A stretch of DNA of 64,000 nucleotides from Planctomycetales bacterium (lineage in GTDB: Bacteria; Planctomycetota; Phycisphaerae; SM23-33): positions 14,996-78,995 of the forward strand of contig JAUWNJ010000011.1 in assembly GCA_030612725.1 (NCBI GenBank), in the 5' to 3' direction. Below the pieces are notes generated by a model, which was given only the letters and a program-made list of their open reading frames with translations, was not told the origin of the DNA and ran no database searches. The position numbers and the translations under genes are program-made. This document shows, piece by piece, positions 52,045 through 61,435 of the stretch; position 1 is the stretch's first letter; every line of letters begins with the position of its first letter.

Positions 52045-53263
52045 TCGGTCCCAGCGTCAGTGTTGTCGTGGCGTTCAGGTCGAACTGTTTCGTGAGTTCG
52101 TGAACCTGCTCGGAAGTAACGGCGAAGATTTGCTCGATGTGATCGGACATCGGTTTGTATTCCTGCCGATAGACCCAATCGAACCCCAGCGCGGTGAGTC
52201 TTCCCATCGGAAGTTCACCCTTGAGCGTAGCGGCGGAGGCGATCTTGTTGGCGGAGGCGGTCATCTCCTGATCGGTCGGACCATCGGCCATGAATTTGTC
52301 GTATTCGTCTCGCGCGATTTTAACGGCTTGGGATGCACGGTCGGGATCGGCGCTGATGAAAGTCATGAATATGCCGGTCCCGTCCATCGGTTCATAGGAA
52401 CAGGAGGCCTCTTCCGCAATTGCCGGTTCGATGAGCGCGTAGAAGAGTCTGCTTCCGACAAAATCTCCGAGGATCATTGCCAGCATGTATGCTGCGTATC
52501 GTCGCTCGTCCTGCGCGCCGGGTCCTGCCGACATTTCCCCGATATGCTGGCGCAGGAGTTTGCTGTCCACGACGGAGCCCGATTGGCGCGTTCCGGAGTT
52601 TTCGGGCGTATCGCGCGAGACCGAATAATCTTTCCAGTGTCCGCACGCCGAAGACGCCTTGGCGACGAGCGCGTCCCAGTCCAAATTACCCGCTGCCACC
52701 AGAGTTACGTTACCCGGACTGTAACGGCGGTTGAAATAGTCCAGCATATCGTCGCGTTTCAAGGCCCGGATCGATTCGGGCGTACCGAGGACGCTGTGCG
52801 AAAGCGGATGCTCGCCGAAATGTCTGGCCATGAGTTTCTCGAAAAGTCGGAACTGCGGGCGGTCCTGGTAGAGGGCGATTTCCTCCAGTATGACTTTCTT
52901 TTCTGTCTGGAAGTCATCTTCCCGCAGTGCGGGCCTCATCATATCGGAAAGAAGGTCCAGGACACGGTCCTGAAATTCCGGCAGCACCGCTCCGAAGTAC
53001 ACAGTGTTCTCTTCGGAGGTGAAGGCGTTGTAAGCCGCCCCCATTTCGTCGAATTCGCGGTTGATGTCGAATGGGCTTCGTCGGTCGGTTCCCTTGAACA
53101 TCATATGTTCGAGGAAGTGGCTCACGCCGGAAATCGGCAGCGTGGGCGATTCGTCCCGGCTTCCGGTGCGGACAAAAAATCCCGTCGCCATTGAAGCGGC
53201 GGATGGATTTACCTCGGCGATTATCGTCAGGCCGTTTGGGAGGGTCTGTTGCTCGAACTGCAT
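52037..53263 (-). CDS. M16-family zinc peptidase (active-type subunit)
   Basis: 408 aa. Inverted zinc motif HFLEHMMFKGT (HxxEH). Confidence 0.85.
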   Translation of the reverse strand: MQFEQQTLPNGLTIIAEVNPSAASMATGFFVRTGSRDESPTLPISGVSHFLEHMMFKGTDRRSPFDINREFDEMGAAYNAFTSEENTVYFGAVLPEFQDRVLDLLSDMMRPALREDDFQTEKKVILEEIALYQDRPQFRLFEKLMARHFGEHPLSHSVLGTPESIRALKRDDMLDYFNRRYSPGNVTLVAAGNLDWDALVAKASSACGHWKDYSVSRDTPENSGTRQSGSVVDSKLLRQHIGEMSAGPGAQDERRYAAYMLAMILGDFVGSRLFYALIEPAIAEEASCSYEPMDGTGIFMTFISADPDRASQAVKIARDEYDKFMADGPTDQEMTASANKIASAATLKGELPMGRLTALGFDWVYRQEYKPMSDHIEQIFAVTSEQVHELTKQFDLNATTTLTLGPNE

Positions 53264-53281
53264 GTGGATCTCCGTTGTGTG

Positions 53282-54523
53282 TTATGTCGGATTCGGAGCC
53301 TGGAGTTTATCGGGTCCGATGGTCAATGTTGTCAGGTTCTCGGCTGGGTACGCGCGGACGTATTCCATTACGTCATTGACGGCTACGGCGTCGATTGCCC
53401 TGGAGATTTCATCCAGACCTCGCAGACGACCCAGGTGATGGAAGTCTCCCGCCAGTGCATCGGCGCGGGCGGACGTTGATTCGCCCTGCATAATCAGGGC
53501 GCTCTTTAGTTGTATCTTTGCGCGTGCCAGTTCATCTTCGGACACGCCTTCAGCCAGGCGGCGCAACTCGCCGACCGTTACGTCAAGGGTCTCCTGTGCC
53601 CGTTGCGGCGTCGTACCGGCATAGACAAACAAACCGGCGAAATCCTTGAGGCTGTGATACCGGGCCGCTATGGCATAGACCAACGCCCGCTTTTCGCGGA
53701 CCTCGGTGAACAGCCTCGCGCCCATCCCGCCGCTGAGGATCATCTGCGTTACCCGTGCGGCGTAATAGAGTTCGCCGTTAATCGTCGCAGCCGGATACGC
53801 CAGCGTTATCTGGACCTGGGCGGTGTCCTTGGTTATATGCGTTGTGCCCTGTTGGGCCGGGCTGGTTGACACTTCGGCCGGCGCAGGACCTTCCCAGTCG
53901 CCGAAGTGTTTCTCAATCGTTCCGGAGAGTTTTTCCCAGTCGAATTGTCCCGCTATTGCCATAATCGTTCCGTTCGGCGTCAGGCGGTTTTTCAGGTGCG
54001 ACCGTAACGATTTGGGTTTCAAATCGGCCAGGGACTCCTTCGTACCAAGCGGGTGATTGCCCAATGGCGGCGGATAAAACTTTTCGCGGATAAGTATGTT
54101 GCAGTTGCGCATCGGCTCATCTTCCAGACCGTCGAGCGTTTGCGCGACGAGGTCTCGGCAGGGGCTGAAGGTCTCGTCAGACAGGCGTGGTCTGCGGAGG
54201 ATGTCGCTGTAGATTTCGAGTAGTTCCGGGAGGTTTTTTCCCAGTTGGGCAGACGAGACGAGCAGGTGCTCGCTCTGGGCGGCTTCGTGGTGCTGGCATC
54301 CGAGCGAATCCAGCACGTCGTTGATTTGACGTGTGTCGCGGTCGCCTGCTCCCCGAAGCAGCCAGAGCGACGCTGTCGAGGCGGATCCTGCGGAGTCGTC
54401 GGGATCGCAGGACACCCCTGCCGATAGGGCGATTGTTATCGCCGATGAGGAAACATGCGGCATCCGCTGGGCTACCAGCGTCAGTCCGTTATCAAATTCG
54501 CGAGTGAAAAATTCTTCCGCCAC
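53282..54523 (-). CDS. M16-family peptidase-like protein (HxxEH motif absent; probable non-catalytic partner)
   Basis: 413 aa with M16 fold-like collinearity. The corresponding site reads ASLWLLRGAG, without His/Glu. Confidence 0.75.
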   Translation of the reverse strand: MAEEFFTREFDNGLTLVAQRMPHVSSSAITIALSAGVSCDPDDSAGSASTASLWLLRGAGDRDTRQINDVLDSLGCQHHEAAQSEHLLVSSAQLGKNLPELLEIYSDILRRPRLSDETFSPCRDLVAQTLDGLEDEPMRNCNILIREKFYPPPLGNHPLGTKESLADLKPKSLRSHLKNRLTPNGTIMAIAGQFDWEKLSGTIEKHFGDWEGPAPAEVSTSPAQQGTTHITKDTAQVQITLAYPAATINGELYYAARVTQMILSGGMGARLFTEVREKRALVYAIAARYHSLKDFAGLFVYAGTTPQRAQETLDVTVGELRRLAEGVSEDELARAKIQLKSALIMQGESTSARADALAGDFHHLGRLRGLDEISRAIDAVAVNDVMEYVRAYPAENLTTLTIGPDKLQAPNPT

Positions 54524-54611
54524 GGTTGGGATCCTTTCAGAATCAAACTGGAGACCATTGTAATACTATTTACGGCGCTTACCACCGCGAAGAATGAAAC
54601 TTTGAAAAAAC

Positions 54612-54641
54612 AAAGCCGACGGATATCTATCCGTCGGCTTT
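54612..54641 (-). terminator. perfect 14-bp-arm palindrome downstream of folC (shared element)
   Basis: aaagccgacggata-tc-tatccgtcggcttt, 32 nt after the folC stop. A/T runs on both flanks. Confidence 0.6.
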
Positions 54642-54672
54642 GGATGCTCAATGTAACAAAGCGTTATCTGCT

Positions 54673-56061
54673 TTATTTCTCAAGTAGTTTTTTTGCTTCG
54701 CCGACGAGGTAGAAACTTCCCGTTATGCAGATGATGTCTCCGCGAGTAACGGCGTTGTTGGCGATGCGGACGGCTTCGGCGAGTGTGGGTGCTATTTGTG
54801 CGGGTTTTCCTGATCGCTCTTCATATCGTTGAGCCAGGTCGGCGGGGTCGGCGGCGCGCGGGTTGTCGCTTGCGGTGAAGATGACTTTGTCGGCTCCACG
54901 CATCAACTGACCGAGCATTCCGGGAATTTCCTTGTCGCCGGCACATCCGAAAATTACCACCATTGAGTCGTAGTGGATATATTGCCCGACGGACCGCATC
55001 AGCGCCTCCATCGAAGCGCCGTTATGAGCGCCATCGACGAGGATTCGCGGGTTTTCCCTGATCAGTTCCATCCTGCCCGGAAGAGAGACTCTGGAAAGCC
55101 CTTCAATGGCGGCGGCATCGTCGATATCAAAACCATGGTCCTTTAGTTGATCCAGCAGCGCAAGGGCAAGTCCGCAATTCAACGCCTGGTGCTCGCCCAT
55201 CAACGGGACGGGAAGGTGCTCGAACTTGCTGCGAGATGTGGTCAGGCAGACTCGCGTCTGCGGACCGGTCTCACGCGACGACTCGAAACGATAACTGAAG
55301 TCGATATTCTTTCCTGTAATCAGCAGCGGCGTATCGACCTTCTTGGCCGCCTTTACCAGAACTGCTTCAGCGGCGGGAACCTGACGGACCGACACTGCCG
55401 GTACGCCACGCTTGAGTATCCCCGCCTTTTCACCGGCAATGGCTTCAACCGTGTCGCCAAGCTGGTGAATGTGATCCAGGGAGATGTTGGTGAATCCGAC
55501 CACCATCGGTTTGACGACGTTGGTACTGTCAAGCCGGCCACCGAGACCTGTCTCAAGAACGGCTACGTCGATCTCCTCGTCCACGAAATACATAAAGGCG
55601 ATGGCAGTGAATATCTCGAAGAAAGTCGGCTTGTCGTCGCCCATCTGTTTGACGTGCGGAGCCACTTTGTTGATGTATCGCGTCAGGGCGGCGCGTGTGA
55701 TGAGTTCGCCGTTTATCTGTATCCGCTCGCGGATGTCCATCAGGTGCGGTGAGGTGTAAAGCCCGACCTTGTGCCCGCAGGAATGGAGCATCGCCGAGAG
55801 CATTGTCGCGGTGGAACCTTTGCCTTTTGTCCCTGCGATATGGACGCTGCGCAACTTCTTATGCGGATCGCCAAGACGCTTCAGGAGCGACCTCATACGA
55901 ACCAGGCTGAAGGTGTCGCTGTTGTAACGAACCCGAAGCATTCGCTCGTAGTCCGTCTGCGCAAAAAGATACCTCAATGCCGCGTCGTAAGTGCGAATCG
56001 GCAGCCTGAGAGCTCGCCCTGACTTTCCAGGGGATGTTTTTGGGGAAATCGACGTTGCCAT
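54673..56061 (-). CDS. folC: bifunctional folylpolyglutamate synthase / dihydrofolate synthase
   Basis: About 462 aa from ATG 56061 (MATSISPK). P-loop HIAGTKGKGST. Mur-ligase-type middle and C-terminal domains. Confidence 0.85.
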   Translation of the reverse strand: MATSISPKTSPGKSGRALRLPIRTYDAALRYLFAQTDYERMLRVRYNSDTFSLVRMRSLLKRLGDPHKKLRSVHIAGTKGKGSTATMLSAMLHSCGHKVGLYTSPHLMDIRERIQINGELITRAALTRYINKVAPHVKQMGDDKPTFFEIFTAIAFMYFVDEEIDVAVLETGLGGRLDSTNVVKPMVVGFTNISLDHIHQLGDTVEAIAGEKAGILKRGVPAVSVRQVPAAEAVLVKAAKKVDTPLLITGKNIDFSYRFESSRETGPQTRVCLTTSRSKFEHLPVPLMGEHQALNCGLALALLDQLKDHGFDIDDAAAIEGLSRVSLPGRMELIRENPRILVDGAHNGASMEALMRSVGQYIHYDSMVVIFGCAGDKEIPGMLGQLMRGADKVIFTASDNPRAADPADLAQRYEERSGKPAQIAPTLAEAVRIANNAVTRGDIICITGSFYLVGEAKKLLEK

Positions 56062-56240
56062 AACTCCCAGAATATACCACACAGTGATTGTATTTGTCAA
56101 GGGATTCCGCCCGTAAGCGGTAAAAATACATAAAATTTCGCTGATTCCGGGCATGATAAAAATCGTAAGTCCCGTATCCCCAAATCTTTGTCTCTTGATA
56201 CCGATGCGGGACGGATATGCAGGGGGAAATACGTCTTTAT

Positions 56241-56280
56241 TTTAAAAACCAAGCCCACGGAGCGCAGGCCGCGGGCTTGG
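56241..56280 (-). terminator. intrinsic terminator after the PEP-CTERM gene at 56325
   Basis: On the minus strand: ccaagcccgcgg...ccgtgggcttgg (12-bp stem, one mismatch) followed by TTTTTAAAAT. Confidence 0.7.
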
Positions 56281-56324
56281 GGATACTCCTACTCTTTCAA
56301 CCAATCAACCAGTCAACTAATTTA

Positions 56325-57092
56325 CTATTTCCGGCGTCGTCTCATCAGCACGCCGATTCCGCCCAGAATCAGCAGACTCATCGTTCCCGGTTCGGGAGTG
56401 ATTACGAACGCCATGTCCAGCGACATTTCGGGAAATTCCGGGTCACGCAGTTCAACCCAGCCGCCTTCGCCCGTACCATACAGGTCCGGATGCCAAAAGA
56501 CCGCATCGTCGTTCCAGTGATCCTGTGATGTCTTCCAGCCGATCGGCGGATTTTGATCCTCTATCATATCCACACGAATGTCGAGCCAGTAGATAGTGCC
56601 CTCTTGCTGGGTATAGGCTTCCGATTCGGGGATAAGCACGTTAATCTGGAAGAACTGCTGGTGATCGGGACGCTGCCAGAAATCATCTATCGGACAGTAC
56701 CATCCCTGGTCGCCGAAATCGGGGTCCCGCCACCGGAAATTCAGGGTGTCATATCTCCAAAGTTCTTCTCCGGGCATACTGTAACCGCTTGTGCTTTCTT
56801 CCTTCGGTATGTCTTTGTGAAGGCTTAAATGGAGATTGGTTATCTCTGGCCACAATACGTCGTCGCTTCTCCATGAAGCCCAGAAATGGACGTCGAGAAT
56901 CGGACCGGTCTGCGTACACATGAAATCGTCCGCAATTGTCTGGTGCACGAGGCAGACGTCCCAGCCGTCCGGGTCGGGAAGCTGTGGGTAGTGCATCTTG
57001 TGCCCGTCGTCCCAATCCCAGTCTGCCGTCGCCGGTGCGGCTACAAACGCCAGTACAGCAATAAGCATCAGTGTTTTTGTCGCAGTTTTCAT
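56325..57092 (-). CDS. PEP-CTERM sorting-domain secreted protein
   Basis: 255 aa from ATG 57092 (MKTATKTLMLIAVLAFVAAPATA). C-terminal TPEPGTMSLLILGGIGVLMRRRRK. Confidence 0.85.
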   Translation of the reverse strand: MKTATKTLMLIAVLAFVAAPATADWDWDDGHKMHYPQLPDPDGWDVCLVHQTIADDFMCTQTGPILDVHFWASWRSDDVLWPEITNLHLSLHKDIPKEESTSGYSMPGEELWRYDTLNFRWRDPDFGDQGWYCPIDDFWQRPDHQQFFQINVLIPESEAYTQQEGTIYWLDIRVDMIEDQNPPIGWKTSQDHWNDDAVFWHPDLYGTGEGGWVELRDPEFPEMSLDMAFVITPEPGTMSLLILGGIGVLMRRRRK

Positions 57093-57174
57093 TTTTTCGC
57101 TCCTTTTCTGAATTCCCACATTCCAATTAACCAAACCAATAACTATCCAAACGAACGATTTGTATTAACTTCTG

Positions 57175-57822
57175 TTATTTTTTCCTGCGGACGAGCAGGG
57201 CGATGCCGCCCAGAACCAGAAGGCTCATCGTCGCCGGTTCGGGAACCGCAATGATGCTGCCCGTCGAGGGAGGCCAGCCGCCGCTCCTGCCGGCAATACC
57301 CAGGCTATCGAAGGGCGTAGGTGAGCCGCCCATCTGATTGAAGAAATCCTGAATGATGAACTCCCACGTTTCGTTGGCCTGGAAGATGTTGTCCACTATC
57401 ATGCTCTCGAAGACCAAGGGTTTATTGATTCCGATGTTGTCGATCACGAAGGCGAATTGTGCGTCTGACGTCCCCATGTTGCCGATCCTCCCGTCGAAGT
57501 TGCTAATAATGGTTTCCGGATCAGCAACATAATGAACATCATACCAATCAACCCTGGTAAGGTTGGTCATGGTTACCAGCACGTTGAGTATGGCCGGGTC
57601 GTCGTTGCCGTCCCAGCACGCCGTATCTTCCGTGGGACGATCGAATGATTCGATCAATTCGTTGAGCGGGAACCCGTCGCCCAACTCGTGTACCGGACCT
57701 TCGATGAACAACGGATCCTGAGGGCCGTCCTGACTGTACACATCCACAGGGTTCGCCATCGCCGGTGCGGCTACAAACGCCAGTACAGCAATAAGCATCA
57801 GTGTTTTTGTTGCAGTTTTCAT
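57175..57822 (-). CDS. PEP-CTERM sorting-domain secreted protein
   Basis: 215 aa. Its signal peptide is identical to the neighbour's apart from one residue. C-terminal VPEPATMSLLVLGGIALLVRRKK. Confidence 0.85.
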   Translation of the reverse strand: MKTATKTLMLIAVLAFVAAPAMANPVDVYSQDGPQDPLFIEGPVHELGDGFPLNELIESFDRPTEDTACWDGNDDPAILNVLVTMTNLTRVDWYDVHYVADPETIISNFDGRIGNMGTSDAQFAFVIDNIGINKPLVFESMIVDNIFQANETWEFIIQDFFNQMGGSPTPFDSLGIAGRSGGWPPSTGSIIAVPEPATMSLLVLGGIALLVRRKK

Positions 57823-57908
57823 TTTTTTGCTCCTTTTCTGAATTGTTTCCCTGTTCGCTAACTGTTTCCAAATTCCGATAAATCGACTTTTTATAACTTC
57901 ACCTCTCT

Positions 57909-58046
57909 TTATCTTTTCCGGCGGAGGATTAAGCCGGCAGAATCAGGCAGTGTCAGCGCGAACGGTTCGGGAACATTTGCAGCCTAATCGCTGTGCAATC
58001 AGAACAAGTCTGGGACATTCCCCTGTTTCTTGCGGTGAACGGCCAT
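57909..58046 (-). pseudogene. collapsed PEP-CTERM gene remnant
   Basis: The minus strand reads ATG-MAVHRKKQGNVPDLF*-LHSD*-AANVPEPFALTLPDSAGLILRRKR*. The start context is shared with the gene at 61049. There are two in-frame stops and then an intact-looking PEP-CTERM tag. Confidence 0.6.
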
Positions 58047-58431
58047 TTTTCCTTTTGTCTCTGTTGTCTCCTTTGGGTTTCACGGGGTGCTTTCGGCGGG
58101 CTATGATCTCCGTCGTCGCACTGGTTTAATGCGTTTGTCCTGTCGGGGATTGAGCGGTTTCACTGATGAGCGGGCGTTTATCTCCGCCTAGACCACTTAG
58201 CCTGCCGACACGAAAAATCTATTCTCCGATGTTTCTCGGCAAATGCCCAAGGCAAGCAAATAAGCACTCCTTGCAAGACGTGGGAACCCGGCTTGACGGC
58301 CTGAGCAGGCCCGAACCCAGCGAGACCCGCATCCTGTTCCAATTTGAGACAAACGAATTTCGTTGCTTTCTGAATGATAGCCTGAGAATTGGAGCGATAA
58401 TTAAGTATACCGCGTTTTGGGGTTTTGTCAA
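58044..58431 (-). promoter_or_regulatory. conserved promoter plus ~350-nt leader element, copy A
   Basis: On the minus strand: TTGACA (58426-58431), N16, TATACT (58404-58409), followed by a leader that aligns in blocks with 61047-61402. Confidence 0.65.
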
Positions 58432-58480
58432 GGAAAAAACGGTAGAAAGGAGACCCTGCCCGTTGTGCTCACGGTATAAC

Positions 58481-58517
58481 CTATTGTCCGGTGTCCCTTT
58501 AGGACACCGGACAATAG
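58481..58517. terminator. 16-bp perfect-stem hairpin between the two PEP-CTERM operons
   Basis: ctattgtccggtgtcc-cttta-ggacaccggacaatag, 48 nt after the stop at 58565. There is no T-run, so it may be a terminator or insulator, or a protein-binding site. Confidence 0.4.
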
Positions 58518-58564
58518 TGAAAACCAAACCTGCCCCACAAGTGCAGGGTAGGATTGTTTGCAAC

Positions 58565-59197
58565 TTATTTCCGGCGTCGCTTTATCAGCGCGCCGATTCC
58601 GCCAAGAACCAGCAGGCTCATCGTCGCCGGTTCGGGGATGCACTCGTGAGTGATGCACCCGTCGAGAACGAAGTTGAATCCTCGAATATCGACCGATATC
58701 CATTCCGGATTGTAGTCCGGAATGATAATCGAGTCGATGATACAAATCGGATCGCCAGAGAGCTCTCCTACGAAGATTGACGGGTCTGCGCGCATGATCC
58801 ACTCGTTTTCCAGTTCGAGCGGCAGGCCATCCGGAAGAGGCGGCTCGCCGGGGTTAGGCGGATAAAACGGCGTTGACCAATTATACGTAACCTCGGCCCA
58901 GCTATCCAGCGCCAAATCGAGCGGTGCAATGGTGAAGGCAATATCAATCTTTTTCCATCGTGTCGGGTCATAGGGATGGTCGTAGAACCACACGTTCCAC
59001 CAATCGGTATTTTCGTAGTAATACCATTCGCCTCCATTGAAACCGCTGCCGCCACCGCCGATAACGCCATTCTCGCCGACCTCAACCCAGAAGGTGTCAG
59101 TGATCGGTCCATCAGGCTGGGCAACTGCTGCATCAGCGGTAATCAGCAACAGACCGAAGGCCGCCATGATTACTAAAATTCTCATTTCACTCCTCAT
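58565..59197 (-). CDS. PEP-CTERM sorting-domain secreted protein
   Basis: 210 aa from ATG 59197 (RBS aaaggag 7 nt upstream); the ORF extends to 59215. Signal peptide MRILVIMAAFGLLLITADAAVA. C-terminal IPEPATMSLLVLGGIGALIKRRRK. Confidence 0.85.
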   Translation of the reverse strand: MRSEMRILVIMAAFGLLLITADAAVAQPDGPITDTFWVEVGENGVIGGGGSGFNGGEWYYYENTDWWNVWFYDHPYDPTRWKKIDIAFTIAPLDLALDSWAEVTYNWSTPFYPPNPGEPPLPDGLPLELENEWIMRADPSIFVGELSGDPICIIDSIIIPDYNPEWISVDIRGFNFVLDGCITHECIPEPATMSLLVLGGIGALIKRRRK

Positions 59198-59276
59198 CTT
59201 CTTACTCCTTTCCATTTGTACAGAACCTCTCTTGGGCCCGCTACGAGCGGACTCATTTCGTGTGCCGTTAATATTT

Positions 59277-59981
59277 TTATTTCTTCCTGCGTCGCAGAAT
59301 CACGCCGATCCCACCCAATACCAGCAGGCTCATCGTCGCCGGTTCGGGAATGCACTCGGTATCAACGACGATCTGGTCGATTACCGTGCAGTACGGAACT
59401 TCAATTATGATTTGCTCCGATTCCGGGTTCGGGCGAATCGTCAGGCCGTAGTTGTAGGTGTACCACGAACTACCGGGAAACGGCGGCGCGGGGGTACCTT
59501 CTTGGGCACTGGGCCTGCCGGTTGGAAACGTTCCGGGCACGTACTCGCTTGCGCCGCCGGAACCCGTTACCGTAACGCCCGTAGGCTGCTTGGAGGAGGT
59601 GATCTGGAGGAAGATACGCTTGTACTCATTTGGTTCTTCGTTGTTCGCGATTGTCAGCACAATTTTTCCGCCTTCCGGACTGGTACAGTGCCAACCGCTG
59701 CACACGCCGCTACCGCTTCCTTCCGGGTCTCCTATTCCCGGAGGGCACGGCCAGCCGTCCGACCATTCCCATCCGCCGGTGGGGAATTCAGCAGAAGGAT
59801 CGCCGAAGGGGTTCGTAAATTCCTCGGGGTAAGATGGCAACTGTTCCGTGCTGAATTCCCAGTGCGCGAACGTGCTGTAATCGGCGGTGCGGTCCCACCC
59901 GTCAAGCGGACCGTAGTCCCTTGCCAAGGCTGGGGTGGCCAGTAACGCCAAAACCGCCAGAAGCATTAGTGTCTTTTTCAT
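59277..59981 (-). CDS. PEP-CTERM sorting-domain secreted protein
   Basis: 234 aa. Signal peptide MKKTLMLLAVLALLATPALA. C-terminal IPEPATMSLLVLGGIGVILRRRKK. Confidence 0.85.
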   Translation of the reverse strand: MKKTLMLLAVLALLATPALARDYGPLDGWDRTADYSTFAHWEFSTEQLPSYPEEFTNPFGDPSAEFPTGGWEWSDGWPCPPGIGDPEGSGSGVCSGWHCTSPEGGKIVLTIANNEEPNEYKRIFLQITSSKQPTGVTVTGSGGASEYVPGTFPTGRPSAQEGTPAPPFPGSSWYTYNYGLTIRPNPESEQIIIEVPYCTVIDQIVVDTECIPEPATMSLLVLGGIGVILRRRKK

Positions 59982-60071
59982 TTTCCGTACTCCTGTCTGT
60001 TTCTATTTTTTCCAGCGTAACTTTACCAGATCCGCAACGAGCGGCCTGTGCCATGCCGGATTCTTCAATGT

Positions 60072-61049
60072 TCACTTTTTTTTTCTGCGGATGAGCAGGC
60101 CTATTCCGCCCATAACCAGCAGGCTCATTGTTGCCGGTTCGGGGACGTCGTGTACGTAATCATTTTGCCACCAGTGAAAGTCCACCGGGACGCGCACATA
60201 TTGCCCTGTGGAGCCCCAGCCGTCCTGACAGATGAAATACTCGTCGCCATTATAGACAGCCGGAGTTAAATCGTAATATCCGACGCCGACGACCGAGTGC
60301 GACTCGCCCGTAAGCCAGGCGTACTCTTCGATTGTTGCTCCGGGAAATGTTGCGTTGTCCCACGGCAGGATCGGTATAGTCGTATCCACCCAATTGACGA
60401 AGGTGCATTCAACCGGACGCCCGGCGTCGATCTCGGCGGTGTACGTGGGCCACATGGCGGCCAGGGGCGTACCCTGTGGATCTGTTGTTACATTGACATT
60501 CGGATAGGCGACCTTGACGATACCGGTGCCGGGTGCCGGAACGGGCAGGGGATAACTGTTATCAACCCACGCTCCCGTGGCATATCCAATCAGTCCCACG
60601 GCGATCATAGGCAACTGGGTACCGCTGGTGTTGGGTGGAAACGGGATGGGGGGGCCAAGACCCTGCCAACCGCCCGTATTCATGTGCCAACCCATCTCGA
60701 TTTGACCGTCGTTGAACAGACCCTGCTGCCACGTGCCTGGGGTGGCAGGATAGCCCGGGCCGGCCGATTCAACCTGCCGGTCGGTTAGTCCTGTGCAACC
60801 TTTGACATCTTCCCAATAGCCCATGATGTTCCCACCGGCTGTCGGACTGCACCAGCCCGGATAGCCGGCGACCCCATAGGCAGAAGGCTGATTCCAGTCC
60901 GGCACATTGGAGATTAAGGCGTCCGCTGACGCATTCGGGACAGACCACGCCAGAAGAATACCAACAACCATAATTGTCGCAATTCGCTTGCGTTTCATTG
61001 TCATTCTCCTACTTGCAAAATATTCTTGTTTCTCACAGAAAAGATTCAT
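60072..61049 (-). CDS. PEP-CTERM sorting-domain secreted protein with a possible papain-like (C39/BtrH-like) cysteine peptidase domain
   Basis: The signal peptide MKRKRIATIMVVGILLAWSVPNASA starts at the Met at 60998 (RBS aggaga). The ORF ATG at 61049 coincides with the end of the conserved leader. VPDWNQP...GWCSPTAGGNIMGYW and SHSVVGVGY look like Cys and His catalytic motifs. C-terminal VPEPATMSLLVMGGIGLLIRRKKK. Confidence 0.8.
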   Translation of the reverse strand: MNLFCEKQEYFASRRMTMKRKRIATIMVVGILLAWSVPNASADALISNVPDWNQPSAYGVAGYPGWCSPTAGGNIMGYWEDVKGCTGLTDRQVESAGPGYPATPGTWQQGLFNDGQIEMGWHMNTGGWQGLGPPIPFPPNTSGTQLPMIAVGLIGYATGAWVDNSYPLPVPAPGTGIVKVAYPNVNVTTDPQGTPLAAMWPTYTAEIDAGRPVECTFVNWVDTTIPILPWDNATFPGATIEEYAWLTGESHSVVGVGYYDLTPAVYNGDEYFICQDGWGSTGQYVRVPVDFHWWQNDYVHDVPEPATMSLLVMGGIGLLIRRKKK

Positions 61050-61402
61050 TTTCCCTTTTGTCTTCTCTACGCTCTATAGGGTGCTTTCGGCGAGCTGCCA
61101 TCGCACCGGTTTAACGTTTTTGCCCTGTCGATGGACGAGGTGGCCTTGGAACAACGAGCGGGCATTTATTCCTGCCCAAGTCACTCCGCTTACCGACACG
61201 AAAAAAACCATTTTCCAGTACCTTTCGACAAAAGCCTGAATAGGCAAAAACACACTCCGTAAGACGTGGGAACTAGGCCAAGAGGCCTGAGCAGGCTTGA
61301 ATGAGCGAGATTCGCTCCTGCTCATATGAGATGAATAGCTCCGCCGCTCCCTGAGCGAGCTAGAGCAACAATTAAGTATATCACACTTTGGGGTTTTGTC
61401 AA
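61047..61402 (-). promoter_or_regulatory. conserved promoter plus ~320-nt leader element, copy B
   Basis: On the minus strand: TTGACA (61397-61402), N16, TATACT (61375-61380). The leader aligns with copy A and ends in caaaagggaaaATG. Confidence 0.65.
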
Positions 61403-61435
61403 GGAAAAAACGCGGGAAAATGGGGAGGATTTGCC

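Noticed and set aside
51443-53194. 583-aa plus-strand ORF
   Set aside because: It is antisense to murD and the M16 peptidase gene, both of which have unambiguous signatures on the minus strand.
58166-58780. 204-aa plus-strand ORF over leader copy A, and similar ORFs over copy B (61074-61325 on the minus strand, 61388-61915 on the plus strand)
   Set aside because: The reading frame is not conserved between the two copies of the element. The 61388-61915 ORF is antisense to the aminotransferase gene.
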